DNA of 63,973 nt, filler included, from Octopus bimaculoides (GCF_001194135.2; 9 parts of 6 records of this genome joined end to end with filler, not necessarily neighbours in it), one strand, 5' to 3'. Shown: positions 36,394 through 51,433, numbered from the whole stretch's first letter. Made by a program: numbers and translations. The notes: generated by a model not told the origin, from the sequence alone.

Positions 36394-36872
36394 TTAGAAA
36401 AAATACATAAAAACAGATACATTCCTACAAACAAAATCATTGAACACTCATACATACACACATACATACTCATACACACGCACACGCATATATAGGTATA
36501 TACAATCATATACACACACACACACGCAAACATGTGCACACGCATGCGTGCATAATTATATACATTAGTGCATATACACGTATATACGTGCATATATGCA
36601 TACATACTTATATACGCACATACCGCTCTACCTACCTACCTACCTACATGCATATATACACATATACACACACATACATACGTACATACATACATACATT
36701 CATACATACATACATACATACATACATACATCTGCTTATCCGAATATCCATTGTCGTTGGAATCTGTCAGATTTGGGAGGAGGTTAAGACGTAGTTGCAT
36801 TATTAGTGGCAGCGTTAGACCTCTCTAGTGACGCATATATATATATAAATATATATGCATGTGTCCGTTTGC

Positions 36873-36911
<39 letters not shown>

Positions 36912-37770
36912 TGTTGTTGTTGTTGTTGTTGTTGGCTGGGAAGAAAAGTGAGAGGGAGGTGGTAAACAGGTTGCTATCTTAGAAGAGAAAGGAATAAGAA
37001 CGTATGAGACAAACTCATCTATTCACTGCTGATAGTCAGTCATGGCTGACAGTCTGCTTTTGCACGACTCAGCGACTGCTTCGCCGCCCGCCCGCCCGTC
37101 CGCCCGCTCTCTCGCTCGCCCGCTCACCAGCCCGCCCGCCTGCTTTCCTACCTCCTGTCTGTCTATCTGTCAGTTTGTCTGTTTCTCGCTCTCTCTCTCT
37201 TTCTCTCTCCCTGTCAGTCTGTCTGTGTTGGATGGATGGTTGCTTGTTTTGCTGCTACTGCTGCTGCTGCCGCTTCTTATTCTTTCTTGTCTAAGCTCTA
37301 AGCGGATGCTTTGGCACGCCCTACTAGCTTCGTCAGGCTGGGACTGGCTGCTAAATTGCAACTCCATTTTATAAGTGAGCGTGAGTGAATACACGCGTAC
37401 ATGTGTGCATGTATGTATATAGATACGCGTGTATATGTCCCACTCCTTTACAATGTATATACATATGCATTCATATATACTTATATATACGTATATATAA
37501 TCACGTCTGTACATATATGATAACATACGTACACATACGTGCATATACATATATATATATATATGCGTATAATTCATTTTGCGCTGGTTTCCGTCATTGA
37601 ACTCCGGTCAATGCTAAGGAACCGCCTTCGAAGGTTTCATTCGATGATATCAACCCAAGAATTTATTTCAACCCGATATTTATTCTATTGCACCATTTGG
37701 GACGAGATACTCTGTTACAGAATATAAAACCAAATTCGGCTTAGGCCGGTGTAAACAAACAACCAAACAC

Positions 37771-37801
<31 letters not shown>

Positions 37802-38286
37802 ATACAAACAAACAAACATGTATGTTTCTTTACGATTACATACATCATACATATATTTGCATCATCTATCCTATACATAACAATAACTTGATATGCGCGC
37901 ACACGCGCACTTGCACGTGCGCGCGCAAACCCCTGTCCACAGAGAGAGAGAGAGAGAAAGAAAGAGAGACGCACAGAGTGATTTCGAAGTTATTGATTTA
38001 CCCTTTCCCACAAAATTTCAGTGTTTATATTAGAAACAATATTTTTTTTTAATATCGTTTCTCGGGGTTTCTGCTCTCTACTTTTCGTGTGCCCCATGGC
38101 GTGTAATTTTATTTATTTATTTATTCATTTGCGAGACATATTTAGGAAATGAGATCCAAAGGAAATGCTGCTCTCAGATTGTACCATTAGTCTTGTGCTA
38201 GAAAGCTCTCACCTCAGTATCTAGCTATGCACTCGTACAGATAGTTTATAGTAAAACTTTGCCTAATTATATAGTGTTCTTATAGT

Positions 38287-38345
38287 GATTCTATCATCGC
38301 TACACTATCATCGCTACACTATCATCGCTACACTATCATCGCTAC
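38287..38345. repeat. 14-bp minisatellite (CTATCATCGCTACA)x~4
   Basis: Directly visible. Confidence 0.9.
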
Positions 38346-38702
38346 CAAGACAGTGCAATAGCCAAAAAGTATTCTGGACAAGGCTGACATTCTACGGACA
38401 TATCTGGGATGTTACAGAAAGTAAGCTGACCAATGGTATCTCAGCCGCCGTTTGTCTATTGATTCGGGCCAACCAATTTGTGCGTCGAGGAATATTAGCG
38501 AGAATAACGATTTAAGACGTTTCCACAAGCAACTCCCTACTGTTTTTTTTTTATATAATTTAAGGGAATTGCAATTTAAATCGATAAGTGGTAATTGATT
38601 ATTTAAACGGACCTCGGAATGTGGATGGGAGGAGTAGAGGAAAATGTCGATGTTGGCAAAATTTGAAACACAGAGCGACGAAACGAAACTAAATACAAGG
38701 CA

Positions 38703-38740
<38 letters not shown>

Positions 38741-38777
38741 TGTGTGTATATNNNNNNNNNNTGTGTGTGTTTGAGTG

Positions 38778-38812
<35 letters not shown>

Positions 38813-39106
38813 GTATTCTCCTTTAAAGTTGGTTGCAATAGCTAAAACGTCGTTGAAAACTCTCCCTCAAAGAGAAATAAATTTCCGTTTTCTATCGTAT
38901 TTAGTACATTTTTTGTTTTTGTCCTTTGTAACGTAATAACCTGGAGAATGAGTACGCCATACGAAAGGAGAGTTCAAAAGCTTACTTAAAAGTAAGTCCA
39001 TTGACTTGTTACTCTAGTATTCATCTACCCTGTCTGAAGAAGCGGCTGCATGCTAGGGAAACTGTAGAGCAGCGACTCAACAGAGCGTAATAAATAAAGT
39101 TTTACA

Positions 39107-39158
<52 letters not shown>

Positions 39159-39903
39159 CTGTTTGTCTGTTTGTCTATCTATCTGTCTATCACACACACA
39201 CACACATACACATATACGTACACGCAACATAGGCAAAACAGCACAAATGGAATGTGGAGAATAAGCGGCGGACAGTTGGATAACGTGAAAGCTTACAACA
39301 TATAGACAAGGATTTAAATGGTGGTTGACAAAATATTAACACAAACTAAAACTATTAAATTAACATAGAATGATGTTGTGGACAGTGAATTGTCTCGGGG
39401 GAATATACTTTATCAAAGTAAGGAAGAAATAAAAAAAGAAACAAAAGAAGCAACGAAAGAAAAGATAAAGCACAAGCTTAACTTTTGAACACACACACAC
39501 ACACTCTCACATATTTATATATGCAGAAAATGAGTTAGAAGAGAGCGAAGTAATGCCAACACTGATGAACACAACAAAGATGAAAATGATAAATTAAAAA
39601 AGAAAAAAAGAAAATCAAAGTAAAGATTTGTTTCAATTTTACTCAGGGCAACAAATAAATCATAATAATGATAGTAAATACTCATGTAGCAAATTAACCA
39701 GTAGTATGTTGCATGATGTTCACACAAACCCAAATTACTACATGACAATTTTCAATGTTAATTATTTTATTGGAGATCATTATTCCCTCATTAATTTCAA
39801 CTAATTATTTCCGTTTCAGCTGCCGAGATTTTCACTTGCTTCTTTCTTCACGTCGCTCACAATTCTTTCTGTCTTTCTTTCTGTCTGTCTTTCTTTCTGT
39901 CTG

Positions 39904-39951
<48 letters not shown>

Positions 39952-40184
39952 ACATAGAAAATCGGAGTAAAATACAGACGCGCATACACACATGAAAACA
40001 TATATACATACAAACAAATATATATACATTTGTTTTGATTTAAATATATATATTTATATATTATTTATATTATTATATGATCGAACGCTACGCATCGTTT
40101 TCCAAGTATATATATATTATGATTGACCGTTGACTGAACACTATTCAATTTTTTTTCTCCGTGTTTTTCTCCTTGTCTCCGTAT

Positions 40185-40221
40185 TCTTTCTGTTGAAGAG
40201 CGTAGCTCGAAACGTCAAAGA
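40185..40221 (+). ncRNA. Minimal type I hammerhead-like motif (no helix III loop)
   Basis: TCTTT-CTGTTGA-A-GAG(CGTAG)CTC-GAAAC-GTC-AAAGA; one core substitution. Confidence 0.55.
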
Positions 40222-40673
40222 CTTTCCGTATTCCCGAGTGTCATACTAATATATACTTTTGTTATTTACACCACCTGTCCTCGTCTGTTGTTATTATTTG
40301 TATATTCTCCCATATATATANNNNNNNNNNNNNNNNNNNNNNNNNNNNNNNNNNNNNNNNNNNNNNNNNNNNNNNNNNNNNNNNNNNNNNNNNNNNNNNN
40401 NNNNNNNNNNNNNNNNNNNNNNNNNNNNNNNNNNNNNNNNNNNNNNATATATGTAAATGCAAAATTTAGGTCAATTGAAATATGCTTGTGACACACACAC
40501 ACACGCACACGCATATATGTGTGTGTATATATATATATGCATATATATATATATGCGTGCACGCATGTGTAATAGAGCATTCTCTTCATCGAGCCATCGG
40601 AACACTTATCGCTGTAATCGGGAGAAATCCATTTACATACTGCCTACAACCCATATCTATCTACGTATATATC

Positions 40674-40711
<38 letters not shown>

Positions 40712-42424
40712 GCGCGTATACACAGACACATTCATATAATATGTATATTTATAAATGGTAAATACGCCACCTCGGTGAAAACGACCGCAGATCAGAAGAA
40801 GAAGCAAAATGCTAGAAATAGAAGTTAAGTTGCATATACACTACATCTTACGTGTTAGCCAAAGCATGACACATGGGTTAACGCAAGTCTAGATTAATTT
40901 TATTTGGAGAAAGGCTAGTCCTTTAACCACTGACAAGGCCACTGAGCTCGGTAGGAACGTGGGAGAAGTATTTCCTCAAACCAGAAACTGAAGGCGCACA
41001 TTTCGCCTAGATGGCAGTGATAACCCAGGACACGGACGAAGCTTACCATCCAAGCAGACCTTGGTAGGATTTGAATTCAGAACGCAAAGGGCCGTAACAA
41101 ATACCTCAAGGCATCCAGTTCCACCGACACCGTCTGGTATTGGCACGATTTTTATTGACTCCAAAGTGATGTAAGACAAAGGTGACCTCGGCGGTGTCGG
41201 CACTAATAATCGTAAGGCATTCTGTTCGACGCTCTAACGACTCGAACAATTCTCTTTCTACCTAGACACAGTGTTGTTAAAGGGTCAAAGACAAAAAATA
41301 TAGCTGTCGTGTTAATCGATCAAAGGCCTGCTTGATCGAGTGTGACTAAAGTTAAGCATAACCATTAGAATATAACCAGCCATGTTCTGGACAGGATCGT
41401 CTCTACTCAGTATTATAGGCCGAAGAGCAAGTAACGCTCAGTCAGGCTCTTACACAGACAGATACAGATTAAGCAGGTTAGCACTGGCTTCCTAGACTAA
41501 TGCCGTTACATATGTGTGCTTTGGGTGCTATGACTTAAGACAGCATTGTCTTTGAGTAAACTTTAGCAAATCTTCAACACCGGTTAGATCTCTGCCATCC
41601 ATTTCCGTGCTTATTTTCCAAATAGCTATTAATTTGCATATGTTCCTCTCTCTCTCTCTATCAGTCGCTATGTCTTCCTTTCCTTCTTTCTCTCCACTCC
41701 TCTTCCTTTCCGGCTTCTGTTTCCTACCTCTCTCTCTCTCTCTCTCCCTCTGCCTCTTCGCCCCACTTTCTCCCACACATATATACGCACGCACCCTGGC
41801 AATTGTGAACGCTGTTCTTGTCTAGCACAGGGTCACCAGATCTATGATGAAAACATTTCCTGAGAGAAAAATATCTGGGACTTATCATCCAATATATTTT
41901 GATTTTGATTACAGTATAGTGCCTTTTAAAGACATCTTAGCTGCTATTTCAAACAGGTCGTGTGCTCGAAAAAGAAGTATCTTTCTTCGGAACATTTATG
42001 TGTAAATGCAAATGTGTGTCGACAAGCAAAGAAAATACAATACTTTCATCTGAATGTTAGGTAATAAATGCATAAGCAGACAGTTTCGAAAGCCCCAATG
42101 GAATGTGTAGGTAGTAAATTCATAAATAATATAGAAACAAGTCGTAAAAATATTTGCTAGAAGATAAATAATTGAATTACGAGATATTATCGGCCGATTT
42201 ATATCAGCCCCTTTCAAATGAAATGCTCGTAGATTGAGTATATATGTGTGTGTGCATGAGTGTATATATATATATATATATATATACATGCATGCATGCA
42301 TACATACATACACATATATATATATCAGCTTCCTTCATATGAAATTACGTAGATTAAGTATATATGTATATATGCACATATATAAACATATATATATGTG
42401 TGTGTGTGTATGTGTGTGTGTGTG

Positions 42425-42640
42425 TGTGTATACATATATACACATGTCTGTATGTATATTTACACATACTTGATCTCCGTACATTTCATATGCAAGCAGC
42501 TGACTTACATGTATGTGTGCATACACCCACACACATACTCATATATAATATATGCACAGATGCATACATGTATTTATATGCGCACATGTGTGTGTATGTG
42601 TGAGCGTGTGTGGACAGGCAGACAAACTGACAGACAGATG

Positions 42641-42724
<84 letters not shown>

Positions 42725-43613
42725 TCTGTTACTCTGTTAATAGTAATACGTAGAAATTTGAAGTTTCATGCTCGGGTTATATCAAGCAGTGACCAGACAT
42801 AAGTATGATCGTACTAAGCAGTTTCCTGCATTGCATTTTGGGTAAAGAAGAAACCCCAACTTCCTTAGTTTTGTACTTTTTCGACCTTGACCTCCATTAT
42901 TTCAAAATACCCAAGGGAAATAACTCACCTCGAGAAAATTTATGCATAATTTGGTATGTCAGTGATCTTGTAGCCTGTTGCACCAGAATTTCGTTAACGT
43001 GCTGTCGCAAACACGCATACACACACGCTCACACACAAACAGAAACACACTCATGCACACACAAATGGGTGCATCAAAACATCTGTGTGAAATATTTGTA
43101 TGATGTGTACTTAATTCCATAACTTTCATATTGTAAACAGGAAATGAATCTCACTTGCAAATGCACATACAAGCCCACCCTTTTCGTAAACACACACACA
43201 CACGCACGCTCATCCATACACACATGCACACACACAGACACACACACACAGACACACAAACACAGGCACACACACACAGACACACAAACACAGGCACACA
43301 CACACAGACACACAAACACAGGCACACACACACAGACNNNNNNNNNNNNNNNNNNNNNNNNNNNNNNNNTATATATATATAATATGCATATGATATCCAT
43401 CTGTCTGTCAGTTTGTCTGCCTGTCCACACACGCTCACACATACACACACATGTGCGCATATAAATACATGTATGCATCTGTGCATATATTATATATGTG
43501 TATGTGTGTGGGTGTATGCACACATACATGTAAGTCAGCTGCTTGCATATGAAATGTACGGAGATCAAGTATGTGTAAATATACATACAGACATGTGTAT
43601 ATATGTATACACA
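42425..43613. repeat. Near-identical ~220-bp inverted duplication
   Basis: ~42425-42644 vs ~43394-43613 (..GATCTCCGTACATTTCATATGCAAGCAGCTGACTTAC..). Confidence 0.85.
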
Positions 43614-44350
43614 TATACACACACCTATACTACACACATACTTATACACCAATATACCTTATATGATGCACAGCCATACTTTTATAATTAATCATAAACA
43701 CACACACATACACACATACACACACGCGCACACATGGACACTGTATATAGTCCAGCGGGTCTCGGGTAGTGTTATATATTAACTAAATATTTTCAAATGT
43801 GCATGTATGTATATATGTCATATATGTATATACATATATATATATATGTATATCTATATATATATATATATATATNNNNNNNNNNNNNNNNNNNNNNNNN
43901 NNNNNNNNNNNNNNNNNNNNNNNNNNNNNNNNNNNNNNNNNNNNNNNNNNNNNNNNNNNNNNNNNNNNNNNNNNNNNNNNNNNNNNNNNNNNNNNNNNNN
44001 NNNNNNNNNNNNNNNNNNNNNNNNNNNNNNNNNNNNNNNNNNNNNNNNNNNNNNNNNNNNNNNNNNNNNNNNNNNNNNNNNNNNNNNNNNNNNNNNNNNN
44101 NNNNNNNNNNNNNNNNNNNNNNNNNNNNNNNNNNNNNNNNNNNNNNNNNNNNNNNNNNNNNNNNNNNNNNNNNNNNNNNNNNNNNNNNNNNNNNNNNNNN
44201 NNNNNNNNNNNNNNNNNNNNNNNNNNNNNNNNNNNNNNNNNNNNNNNNNNNNNNNNNNNNNNNNNNNNNNNNNNNNNNNNNNNNNNNNNNNNNNNGAATT
44301 GACTGAAAGAAATAAATGATCTAATATAAACGTGTCTATGTGTGTAGATG

Positions 44351-44468
<118 letters not shown>

Positions 44469-44754
44469 GTGACAGAGGTAAGACAGAGAACATGACAACC
44501 AGGAACTCTGTGAAAAAAATCCATAACCAAATATTTAACTTTGAGTTAAATCTGTGTCAAAACTTTTCGGCATCGAATTTCCACCAAAATATTCCTTTCC
44601 GTTTCTTCAGTGTTTTTATTTTATATTTATTTCTTTATTTTGTTTCTTTCTTATGATTTTCTCGTCATCTTTTTTCTTCTACATTCTTTAAACTATAAAC
44701 TCCTTTTTGAAAGTGACTGCAGTATTATCAACAATTGCCACAGAGTAAAACTAT

Positions 44755-44803
<49 letters not shown>

Positions 44804-46356
44804 GAGAGGCATTATAGCGTCGCATAGAATGCCTGAAGGTATTTGTTCCGATTCCTTGTGCTTTGGTTTGAAATGCCTCGAAGTCAAGTTTGCATTTCTT
44901 TCTTTTGGGGATAGATAAAAATAGAAAAAGAAAAGGAAAATGAGAGGGGAAATGTGACAATCCAGAGCGATGGTTGACGAAAATGCAAAGACTTCAGGCC
45001 CGAGACACACACACGCAAACGCGTGCACGTGCACAAATTGTTCCCTAACCCAAGTGAACTTATTCATATTTAAGGTGGTTTGCTTTCTGTCTGGGACTAA
45101 AACATCAACGACAACAAGTATCTAAACAAAATACTGAGCTGGCTTTTAATCGACCTGATTAGCTTAAATCCACGGTTTGTCGGCATCAAATTACTTCACC
45201 GCAATGTTTACAGTTGCTAAGCAAAATGCGTTGCAGTTGTCCATAGCAAGTTCATTTCGAAGACTTTTAATCAACAGTTTCATTACCTAGAGCATCCGCT
45301 ACTATAATATAGCATATATGTGACTCTCAGCTGATCACAATTAAAGATGGTTGAGATATTTATCTAAATGTCTATAGCTTTGATTTGTAATATACTATGA
45401 GAATTATCTTTACGCATATTTATGGATTCTTTCAGACAAAATCTCGTATACATAAACGTATACATATACAAAATACACAAATATTAATACACATACACGT
45501 GTGTGTGTGTGTGTGTATGTGTGTGTGTGTATGTGTGTGAAATTATGTGACTTATTCCAGTAGAAAGAGACAAGGGAGGTAAACTATACATTTTAATCAG
45601 TTCCGCACTTTATTTCAAAATCGAGGTCCACAGCAAACCCAGAATTGTATAAGAATCACTCCACACGGCATTCAATATCTAAAGGATCGAATCTATATTG
45701 ACATTTCATGCTAACCTTTCCTGCAATTTTCCTTTTACTCTACCAGAATCAAGCCATCAAAAATTATTCTTCAAATCACTGAACATATATTTTTAATTCG
45801 TTTATATTTCTTATTTTACGGCATCAGGTATGTCTTTGAGAGAGCACTTTGTTATGAAGTGTTTATACAGCAGGCGATCGTAGGTAATTCTCTCACCCCC
45901 AACTCCGCCCCCGCCTTCGCCTCCGCCTCCGCCTCCGCCTCCGGTCATTCTTTTAAAATACATAAAAGGCTGCCATCTATATGAAATTTTGATGACATTT
46001 GTCATTCCATTTTTGCAACTTCAGTATATAAATGGAGACTGTTATGACAGGTTTTTCTTGTTTGGGGAATATTGCTGATTGTATTGTTTGGCAAGAAACT
46101 AAACAAATGTTGGTAGTTGGAAATAGCAAACTGTAACATCCATACAGAACCCAGGTGGATTGGCAATGTTCCCACTAGTTATCAAAAATGAGGGTCATCA
46201 TATGTTTTGCTAACATTATGCAAACATAGATATGTGAATATGCATTCGTATGTATAATGCTTAAAAGTAACTGTATCTTGATATATATATATACACATAC
46301 GCAGACATATATTTATACATATATATATCGATATATATATGCATATATATATAAAC

Positions 46357-46412
<56 letters not shown>

Positions 46413-48819
46413 NNNNNNNNNNNNNNNNNNNNNNNNNNNNNNNNNNNNNNNNNNNNNNNNNNNNNNNNNNNNNNNNNNNNNNNNNNNNNNNNNNNNNNNN
46501 NNNNNNNNNNNNNNNNNNNNNNNNNNNNNNNNNNNNNNNNNNNNNNNNNNNNNNNNNNNNNNNNNNNNNNNNNNNNNNNNNNNNNNNNNNNNNNNNNNNN
46601 NNNNNNNNNNNNNNNNNNNNNNNNNNNNNNNNNNNNNNNNNNNNNNNNNNNNNNNNNNNNNNNNNNNNNNNNNNNNNNNNNNNNNNNNNNNNNNNNNNNN
46701 NNNNNNNNNNNNNNNNNNNNNNNNNNNNNNNNNNNNNNNNNNNNNNNNNNNNNNNNNNNNNNNNNNNNNNNNNNNNNNNNNNNNNNNNNNNNNNNNNNNN
46801 NNNNNNNNNNNNNNNNNNNNNNNNNNNNNNNNNNNNNNNNNNNNNNNNNNNNNNNNNNNNNNNNNNNNNNNNNNNNNNNNNNNNNNNNNNNNNNNNNNNN
46901 NNNNNNNNNNNNNNNNNNNNNNNNNNNNNNNNNNNNNNNNNNNNNNNNNNNNNNNNNNNNNNNNNNNNNNNNNNTATATATATATATATATGTACACACA
47001 CGTATATATATAGGCACATGCATACACATATATAAATATATACATATATACATTCACAAATCTAAATACACATACACATATATACATACATACATATGTA
47101 TGAATATATATGTACATGTACGTATACATACATACATACGTACATACATACATTCATTCATATATCTATATATATACGTATGTGCGTGTTTTTGTATATA
47201 TGTATATACGTGTGAGCATGAATGCGTATGGATCTACATGCATTGTCATAAATTATACATAAGCATATACATGCACACCAAAAACGAACAGCTTACGCGT
47301 GTTTGTAAAGGGCTAAGCAAGCATCCGAAACCATCCCCTTCATATCAAGAGCCTGCCCCTATTCACAAATCGCTTATGTGTCAGCCGTCATTGTTGTTGT
47401 ACAGAACACTCGTCAGGTGTCACTATTGCAATATGCAGACATGATGTCGCTCTTTCCGCACGTGTAGACCTCTTTTCATTCATAGTTACCATTAAATGAA
47501 TGCTGAAGAAATAAAAACCCGGTTATTATGTGCGACCATCATTGTCTATTTACTGTCATTTTCTCCCCTTTTGTCTCTATATTTCTATATTGGTATACAT
47601 ACATCAACATCATATATATGTATGTATGTATGTGTATGTGTGTATATATATATATATATATATNNNNNNNNNNNNNNNNNNNNNNNNNNNNNNNNNNNNN
47701 NNNNNNNNNNNNNNNNNNNNNNNNNNNNNNNNNNNNNNNNNNNNNNNNNNNNNNNNNNNNNNNNNNNNNNNNNNNNNNNNNNNNNNNNNNNNNNNNNNNN
47801 NNNNNNNNNNNNNNNNNNNNNNNNNNNNNNNNNNNNNNNNNNNNNNNNNNNNNNNNNNNNNNNNNNNNNNNNNNNNNNNNNNNNNNNNNNNNNNNNNNNN
47901 NNNNNNNNNNNNNNNNNNNNNNNNNNNNNNNNNNNNNNNNNNNNNNNNNNNNNNNNNNNNNNNNNNNNNNNNNNNNNNNNNNNNNNNNNNNNNNNNNNNN
48001 NNNNNNNNNNNNNNNNNNNNNNNNNNNNNNNNNNNNNNNNNNNNNNNNNNNNNNNNNNNNNNNNNNNNNNNNNNNNNNNNNNNNNNNNNNNNNNNNNNNN
48101 NNNNNNNNNNNNNNNNNNNNNNNNNNNNNNNNNNNNNNNNNNNNNNNNNNNNNNNNNNNNNNNNNNNNNNNNNNNNNNNNNNNNNNNNNNNNNNNNNNNN
48201 NNNNNNNNNNNNNNNNNNNNNNNNNNNNNNNNNNNNNNNNNNNNNNNNNNNNNNNNNNNNNNNNNNNNNNNNNNNNNNNNNNNNNNNNNNNNNNNNNNNN
48301 NNNNNNNNNNNNNNNNNNNNNNNNNNNNNNNNNNNNNNNNNNNNNNNNNNNNNNNNNNNNNNNNNNNNNNNNNNNNNNNNNNNNNNNNNNNNNNNTGTAT
48401 GTATATATGTATATATGTATGTCTATATATATGTATATATATATAAATATGTATGTATGTATGTATGTATGTATCTACATCAACCTATGTGCGTAAGTCT
48501 TTTTCACTATGAGCGAGAATATTATATAAATATTTTACGACTCCACACGTGTACAACCGCATATAGCTTGAAAGTGAAAAGCTACAATGTGCGCGCGCAC
48601 ATATATTTGTTTGCTGGTGTTTGTGAAAGTCTGTTTTCATTGGTGACATTGCTGTTGTTGATCCCAATATTAGTATTCTTGTGATTACGTGCACGACACG
48701 CTTTGTGTTATTGCTATGCCCCTGTGGCTAATATAAAAAAACAAATCCATCATCATCGTCATTATTGTACCAATATTACTATTACTGCTACCAATAATAC
48801 AAATGCTATTCCTACTAAT

Positions 48820-49145
48820 AGTCATGATGATGGTGATGACGATGATGATGTTGATGACGATGACGATGACGATGATGATGACGACGACGACGACGATGAT
48901 GATGATGATGATGATGATGGTGATGACGATGACGATGATGATGATGATGACGATGACGATGATGATGATGATGATGATGATGATGTTGATGATGACGATG
49001 GTGCTGGTGCTGGTTGAGGAGATGATGATGAGGACGATGACGATGATGATGATTGTGATGAGAATGATGATGATACCGTTGCTGGTTGTGGTGGTAGTAA
49101 AGATGGTGGTGGTGGTGGCACTGATGGTGTCGATGCCGGCAGTGG
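48820..49145. repeat. (GAT/GAC/GGT)n trinucleotide tract
   Basis: Directly visible; produces spurious poly-D/M/S ORFs. Confidence 0.95.
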
Positions 49146-49367
49146 TGGTGGTGGTAGAGGTGGTGNNNNNNNNNNNNNNNNNNNNNNNNNNNNNNNNNNN
49201 NNNNNNNNNTTAATTAATTAANNNNNNNNNNNNNNNNNNNNNNNNNNNNNNNNNNNNNNNNNNNNTTTTTACGACGATGGAGTGTAATTTGGGTCAGATT
49301 TGGCTTCTATTTGGGCACCGTACACTGGGTCATGAGTTAGCCCGTTTGGTTGTTGTTGTTATTAGAA

Positions 49368-49434
<67 letters not shown>

Positions 49435-49477
49435 TATTACAATTTCTTTCACTAGCCATGGGTGGGAAGATGAGGCG

Positions 49478-49680
49478 GGTGGCAATGAGGTGACAGAATC
49501 ATTCGCGCGTCAGACAGAATGCTTAGCAACATTTCGTCTGTCTTTAAGTTCCGAGTTCAAATTCCGACGAGGTCGACTTGGCATCTCCTCCTTTTGGAGT
49601 GAAATAATTAAGTACCGGTTTAGCACTGGGATCGATGTCATGGATTAGCCCTGCCCTCAAAAAATTCCAGGCCTTCTAAC
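49478..49680 (+). mobile_element. SINE family B, diverged
   Basis: GACAGAATCATT..GAGTTCAAATTCCGACGAGGTCGACT..ATAATTAAGTACC. Confidence 0.65.
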
Positions 49681-50499
49681 CCATTGTAGAAGTAATTGTA
49701 ACGACAGCAACAACAGTACCAATAATAATAATAATAATAATACTAACAACAACAGTAATAATTTTATTGGTGACTAAGGCCCAAGGCATGGAGAACAATA
49801 CTGAAAGACGAATTCCAGCACACACACACACACATACACACACACACAAACACACACACACAAAGGACACAACAAAACAAAGACGTGCGGTTAACAACGA
49901 TAATAATAATGCTAATAGTCATTGCCCTGGTGCAATTATCGGCAGTAGTTCTCATGGCATCTGATCATAACTGATCACAAGTGTTAGCATTTACATGTAT
50001 GTGTATGGTACAGATACCATAGATTTACTTATCAGTTGCTTGACCGTAACTAGTTGAGCATGTTACTTAGTGGCTAATAATATGTGCATCTATGGTCATG
50101 GGCAGAAGCAGAAGGGGAATATCATAGCCGTGTATTGAGAGGAATTCTTTGTGGTTTGAATAATCCAACCCTGGAAACATGGGTGCTCGTTTGACATCCC
50201 TAAACAACTCTTGCTCAGGGAACTTTCGACCTGACGAAAATTCCAACAGGGTCATATGCTGTTTATCTTGACATGAGATCACTATGTTGGATACGTAAGG
50301 TTGCGATGCATGTGCCTAGTGTACCCTTATCAGACGAGTTGTCATGATGGGTATATTGGACTTCGTATATTTGTACCCCAGCGTCACTTTCATGGCATGC
50401 GCTGCTTTCTCACTCTCTGACACAATAATGAAAATAATAATAGTATTTATTATTGTTTTACTTCTCAGAGCGCTCGATCTTGTTTGCTCTGGTTGATTC

Positions 50500-50912
50500 T
50501 GTGAGAGCGGACAGTAGCCTGCTGTCAGAAGTATCACAGGGTCTCTTTCTGCACATTATACGCTTTGATACTTGGTTGTTGATTACCATGGTAGGCATTC
50601 AACATCCAAGAACCAATTTCAAAATCCTCGCTGTCCCCAGCAGTGCAGTTTTTTGGGTTTGCGTTGCTCTCATATCAATTCCGATTTCTCTGACATACTT
50701 CTCGAACTTGGTTGTTACTGTTCCGAGTGCTCCTATGACTATTGGAATGGCTGACACATTACTCATAGTCCACAGCCTTGCAATTCCGTCTTTTAACAGT
50801 CTGTACTTTTCAGTCTTTTCTAGTTCTTTGTCACTTTTGCGTGTATCTCCAGGTATTGCAATATCTACAATCTTGATTTCCTTTCTTTCTTTCCTTTATC
50901 TACCACAATATC
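50500..50912 (-). mobile_element. R4/Dong-type LINE 3' end with restriction-like endonuclease
   Basis: DIVV..KIVDIAIPGD..KELEKTEKYRLL..IPIVIGALGTV..QKTALLGTARIL (PD..D/E-K RLE region). Confidence 0.88.
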
Positions 50913-51347
50913 TAATCATCATCATCATCATTATTATCATTATACGAAATGACAGATATGTTAGGGTGTCACAAAAAATATATTGTGGCTCTTTACATTC
51001 TAAGATCAAATCGGTCCGAGGGAGGACAACTTAGACATTCGTTCATGTAAAGAAGATAAAATGACGTAGAAGAAAGGCACAGCGGCCACCTCTAACACCC
51101 ACCCAAATTATCTGGATATAACATAGGTCCTGTACTGAATGTTAATACTTTCCTCTAATTTATTTGATTTGAATTCGTCTGCATGTCGTGTCTCTTCCGA
51201 TTGAATATGCAATGTTGTGTTGTGTATCACTTGAACTCTGTTACGGTCATTCTTCCCATACAGAATAAAATTTACGATCTCTTAGGCTGGTAAACGATTT
51301 CCCAACAACAAAACAAATAGAAGCACAGGCATACATACATATACAGG

Positions 51348-51433
<86 letters not shown>

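Noticed and set aside
39028-39075. CTGAAGA..GAAAC-T-GTA motif
   Set aside because: No convincing stem I pairing.
41528-41640. Peptide-like frame ISTEMDGRDLTGVEDLLKF
   Set aside because: No splice signals or recognisable homology; adjacent to a (GA)n tract.
46182-48684. Long ORFs of 200-395 aa in the track (also 6547, 43783, 52421, 54348, 56280)
   Set aside because: They consist of X from N gaps plus YI/HT/CV dipeptides from microsatellites.
48703-49213. Poly-Asp, poly-Met and poly-Ser ORFs
   Set aside because: Translation of a (GAT)n tract in all frames with no flanking coding signal.
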